Made by a program: the position numbers and the translations under genes
Notes under the pieces: generated by a model
The model's database searches: none
What the model saw: only the letters and a program-made list of their open reading frames with translations
What the model was told of the DNA's origin: nothing
In this document: one piece after another, positions 11,818-12,866 of the stretch
Layout of the letters: each line of letters opens with the position of its first letter
How positions within the stretch are numbered: the first letter of the stretch is position 1
Source: an uncultured Gammaproteobacteria bacterium
GTDB lineage: Bacteria; Patescibacteriota; Microgenomatia; Daviesbacterales; UBA10151
Assembly: GCA_964522265.1 (NCBI GenBank)
Contig: CAZFVS010000023.1
Location: forward strand, 1 to 12,866
Direction: 5' to 3'
Length of the DNA stretch: 12,866 nucleotides

Positions 11818-12866
11818 TTAGATGGTTATTATTTCTTCCCAGGGGAGGCCGGGTTTGCCGAAATGACCGTAAGAGGCAGTTTGTAAATAAATAGGCTGTC
11901 TTAACTTGAGCCTTTCAATTATTGCATGGGGCCTAAAATCAAAATTTTTCTCAACCAGTTTGGAAAGACTTTTGCCATTTTCATCAATTGCTTCAACCAT
12001 CAACGGTTGGGCCCGGCCTATTGCGTATGAAACCGATACCAGGCAACTTTTGGCATACCCACTGGCGACAATGTTTTTAGCAGCATACCTGCACATATAA
12101 GCTGCGGAACGGTCAACTTTAGTCGGATCTTTACCGGAGAAACAACCGCCTCCATGCGGGATCAGTCCCCCGTATGTATCAACGATGATTTTTCTGCCGG
12201 TGAGTCCCGTGTCAGAGGCAAAACCTCCGATGACAAAAGAACCGGTTGGATTAACCAGGATTTCAATTCCTTTGATATCCCCCACAATAGGTTTAATCAG
12301 TTTGGCAACCAGATCTTTTCTGATTTGGGATTGGGTAACTTTTTTATCATGCTGGCAGGAGATGAGGATTGTTCTGATTTTTTTGCCTTCAATGGTCACC
12401 TGGGCTTTACCGTCAGGTTTGAGCCATTTTAGAGAGCCTGCTTCACGCAGTTTCTGCAGCCCCTGGGTTAGTTGATGAACCAGGACCACCCCTTTTGGTA
12501 AAAACTGGGGTGTTTCATCAGTGGCAAACCCGTACATAATACCCTGATCGCCTGCCCCGCCGCTATCAACTCCCTGTGCAATATCAGGGGATTGTTTTAC
12601 TATGCGGGTAATAATTTTTATCGGTTCCTCATATCCCAGTTTGCTGTATAAGTCGGCTGCAATTTTTTTATAATTAATACGGGCTTTTGTTGTCAGCTCC
12701 CCTCCAACCACCAGCATGCCATGGCAGCCGAAAGATTCAATGGCGACCCGGGATTTGGGATCCTGCCGTAAACATTCATCTAAAATTGCATCCGAGATCT
12801 GGTCGCAGACTTTATCAGGGTGTCCGCAGGTAACGCTTTCAACAGTATAAATTTTAGGGTTATAAT
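11818..12866 (-). CDS. metK: S-adenosylmethionine synthetase (5' end beyond the right edge of the window)
   Basis: The reverse-strand frame stays open to the window edge, upstream of the track's internal Met at 12717. It reads ..YNPKIYTVESVTCGHPDKVCDQISDAILDECLRQDPKSRVAIESFGCHGMLVVGGELTT..., GAGDQGIMYGFATDET, KPDGKAQVT, GRKIIVDTYGG..PHGGGCFSGKDPTKVDRSAAY. These are all classical MetK motifs. The stop (TAA on the - strand) is at 11818-11820. Confidence 0.94.
   Translation of the reverse strand, partial: YNPKIYTVESVTCGHPDKVCDQISDAILDECLRQDPKSRVAIESFGCHGMLVVGGELTTKARINYKKIAADLYSKLGYEEPIKIITRIVKQSPDIAQGVDSGGAGDQGIMYGFATDETPQFLPKGVVLVHQLTQGLQKLREAGSLKWLKPDGKAQVTIEGKKIRTILISCQHDKKVTQSQIRKDLVAKLIKPIVGDIKGIEILVNPTGSFVIGGFASDTGLTGRKIIVDTYGGLIPHGGGCFSGKDPTKVDRSAAYMCRYAAKNIVASGYAKSCLVSVSYAIGRAQPLMVEAIDENGKSLSKLVEKNFDFRPHAIIERLKLRQPIYLQTASYGHFGKPGLPWEEIITI

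Noticed and set aside
12154-12475. Two + strand ORFs (12154-12432 and 12185-12475) and a third at 11906-12100.
   Set aside because: They are antisense to metK, whose - strand translation carries every classical MetK motif. They are spurious.

Overview
The window is an almost gap-free ribosomal-protein superoperon on the + strand, low in GC (about 40% by eye). The gene order is the 3' end of rplP, then rpmC-rpsQ-rplN-rplX-rplE-rpsN(Z-type)-rpsH-rplF-rplR-rpsE-rplO-secY-adk-map-infA-rpmJ-[orphan ORF]-rpsM-rpsK-rpsD-rpoA-rplQ-rplM-rpsI. A convergent metK on the - strand runs off the right edge, so its 5' end is missing. Many gene junctions are ATGA/GTGA start/stop overlaps. rpmD (L30) is absent between rpsE and rplO, S17, L17 and S5 carry K/E-rich tails, and adk is a short-LID form. 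This pattern fits a reduced-genome lineage such as CPR/Patescibacteria, but that is inference only. Five things depart from the textbook operon. (1) An acidic 102-aa ORF of unrecognised family sits in the normally invariant rpmJ-rpsM junction. (2) rpsM itself needs a -1 frame change at an A4 run to give full-length S13. (3) Hairpin-bearing intergenic elements interrupt otherwise tight junctions. Two near-identical copies in opposite orientation bracket rplX-rplE-rpsN, and a third, weaker relative lies upstream of the orphan ORF. One copy has a target-site-duplication-like flank. Another separates the rpsH start codon from its only Shine-Dalgarno. (4) map carries an in-frame 42-nt insertion made of CGAAATC heptamer repeats around a GC-rich core. 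(5) A perfect 11-bp hairpin spans the rpmJ stop codon. I saw no rRNA, tRNA, CRISPR array, transposase or integrase. All homology statements come from recognising conserved motifs by eye. No database search was possible.
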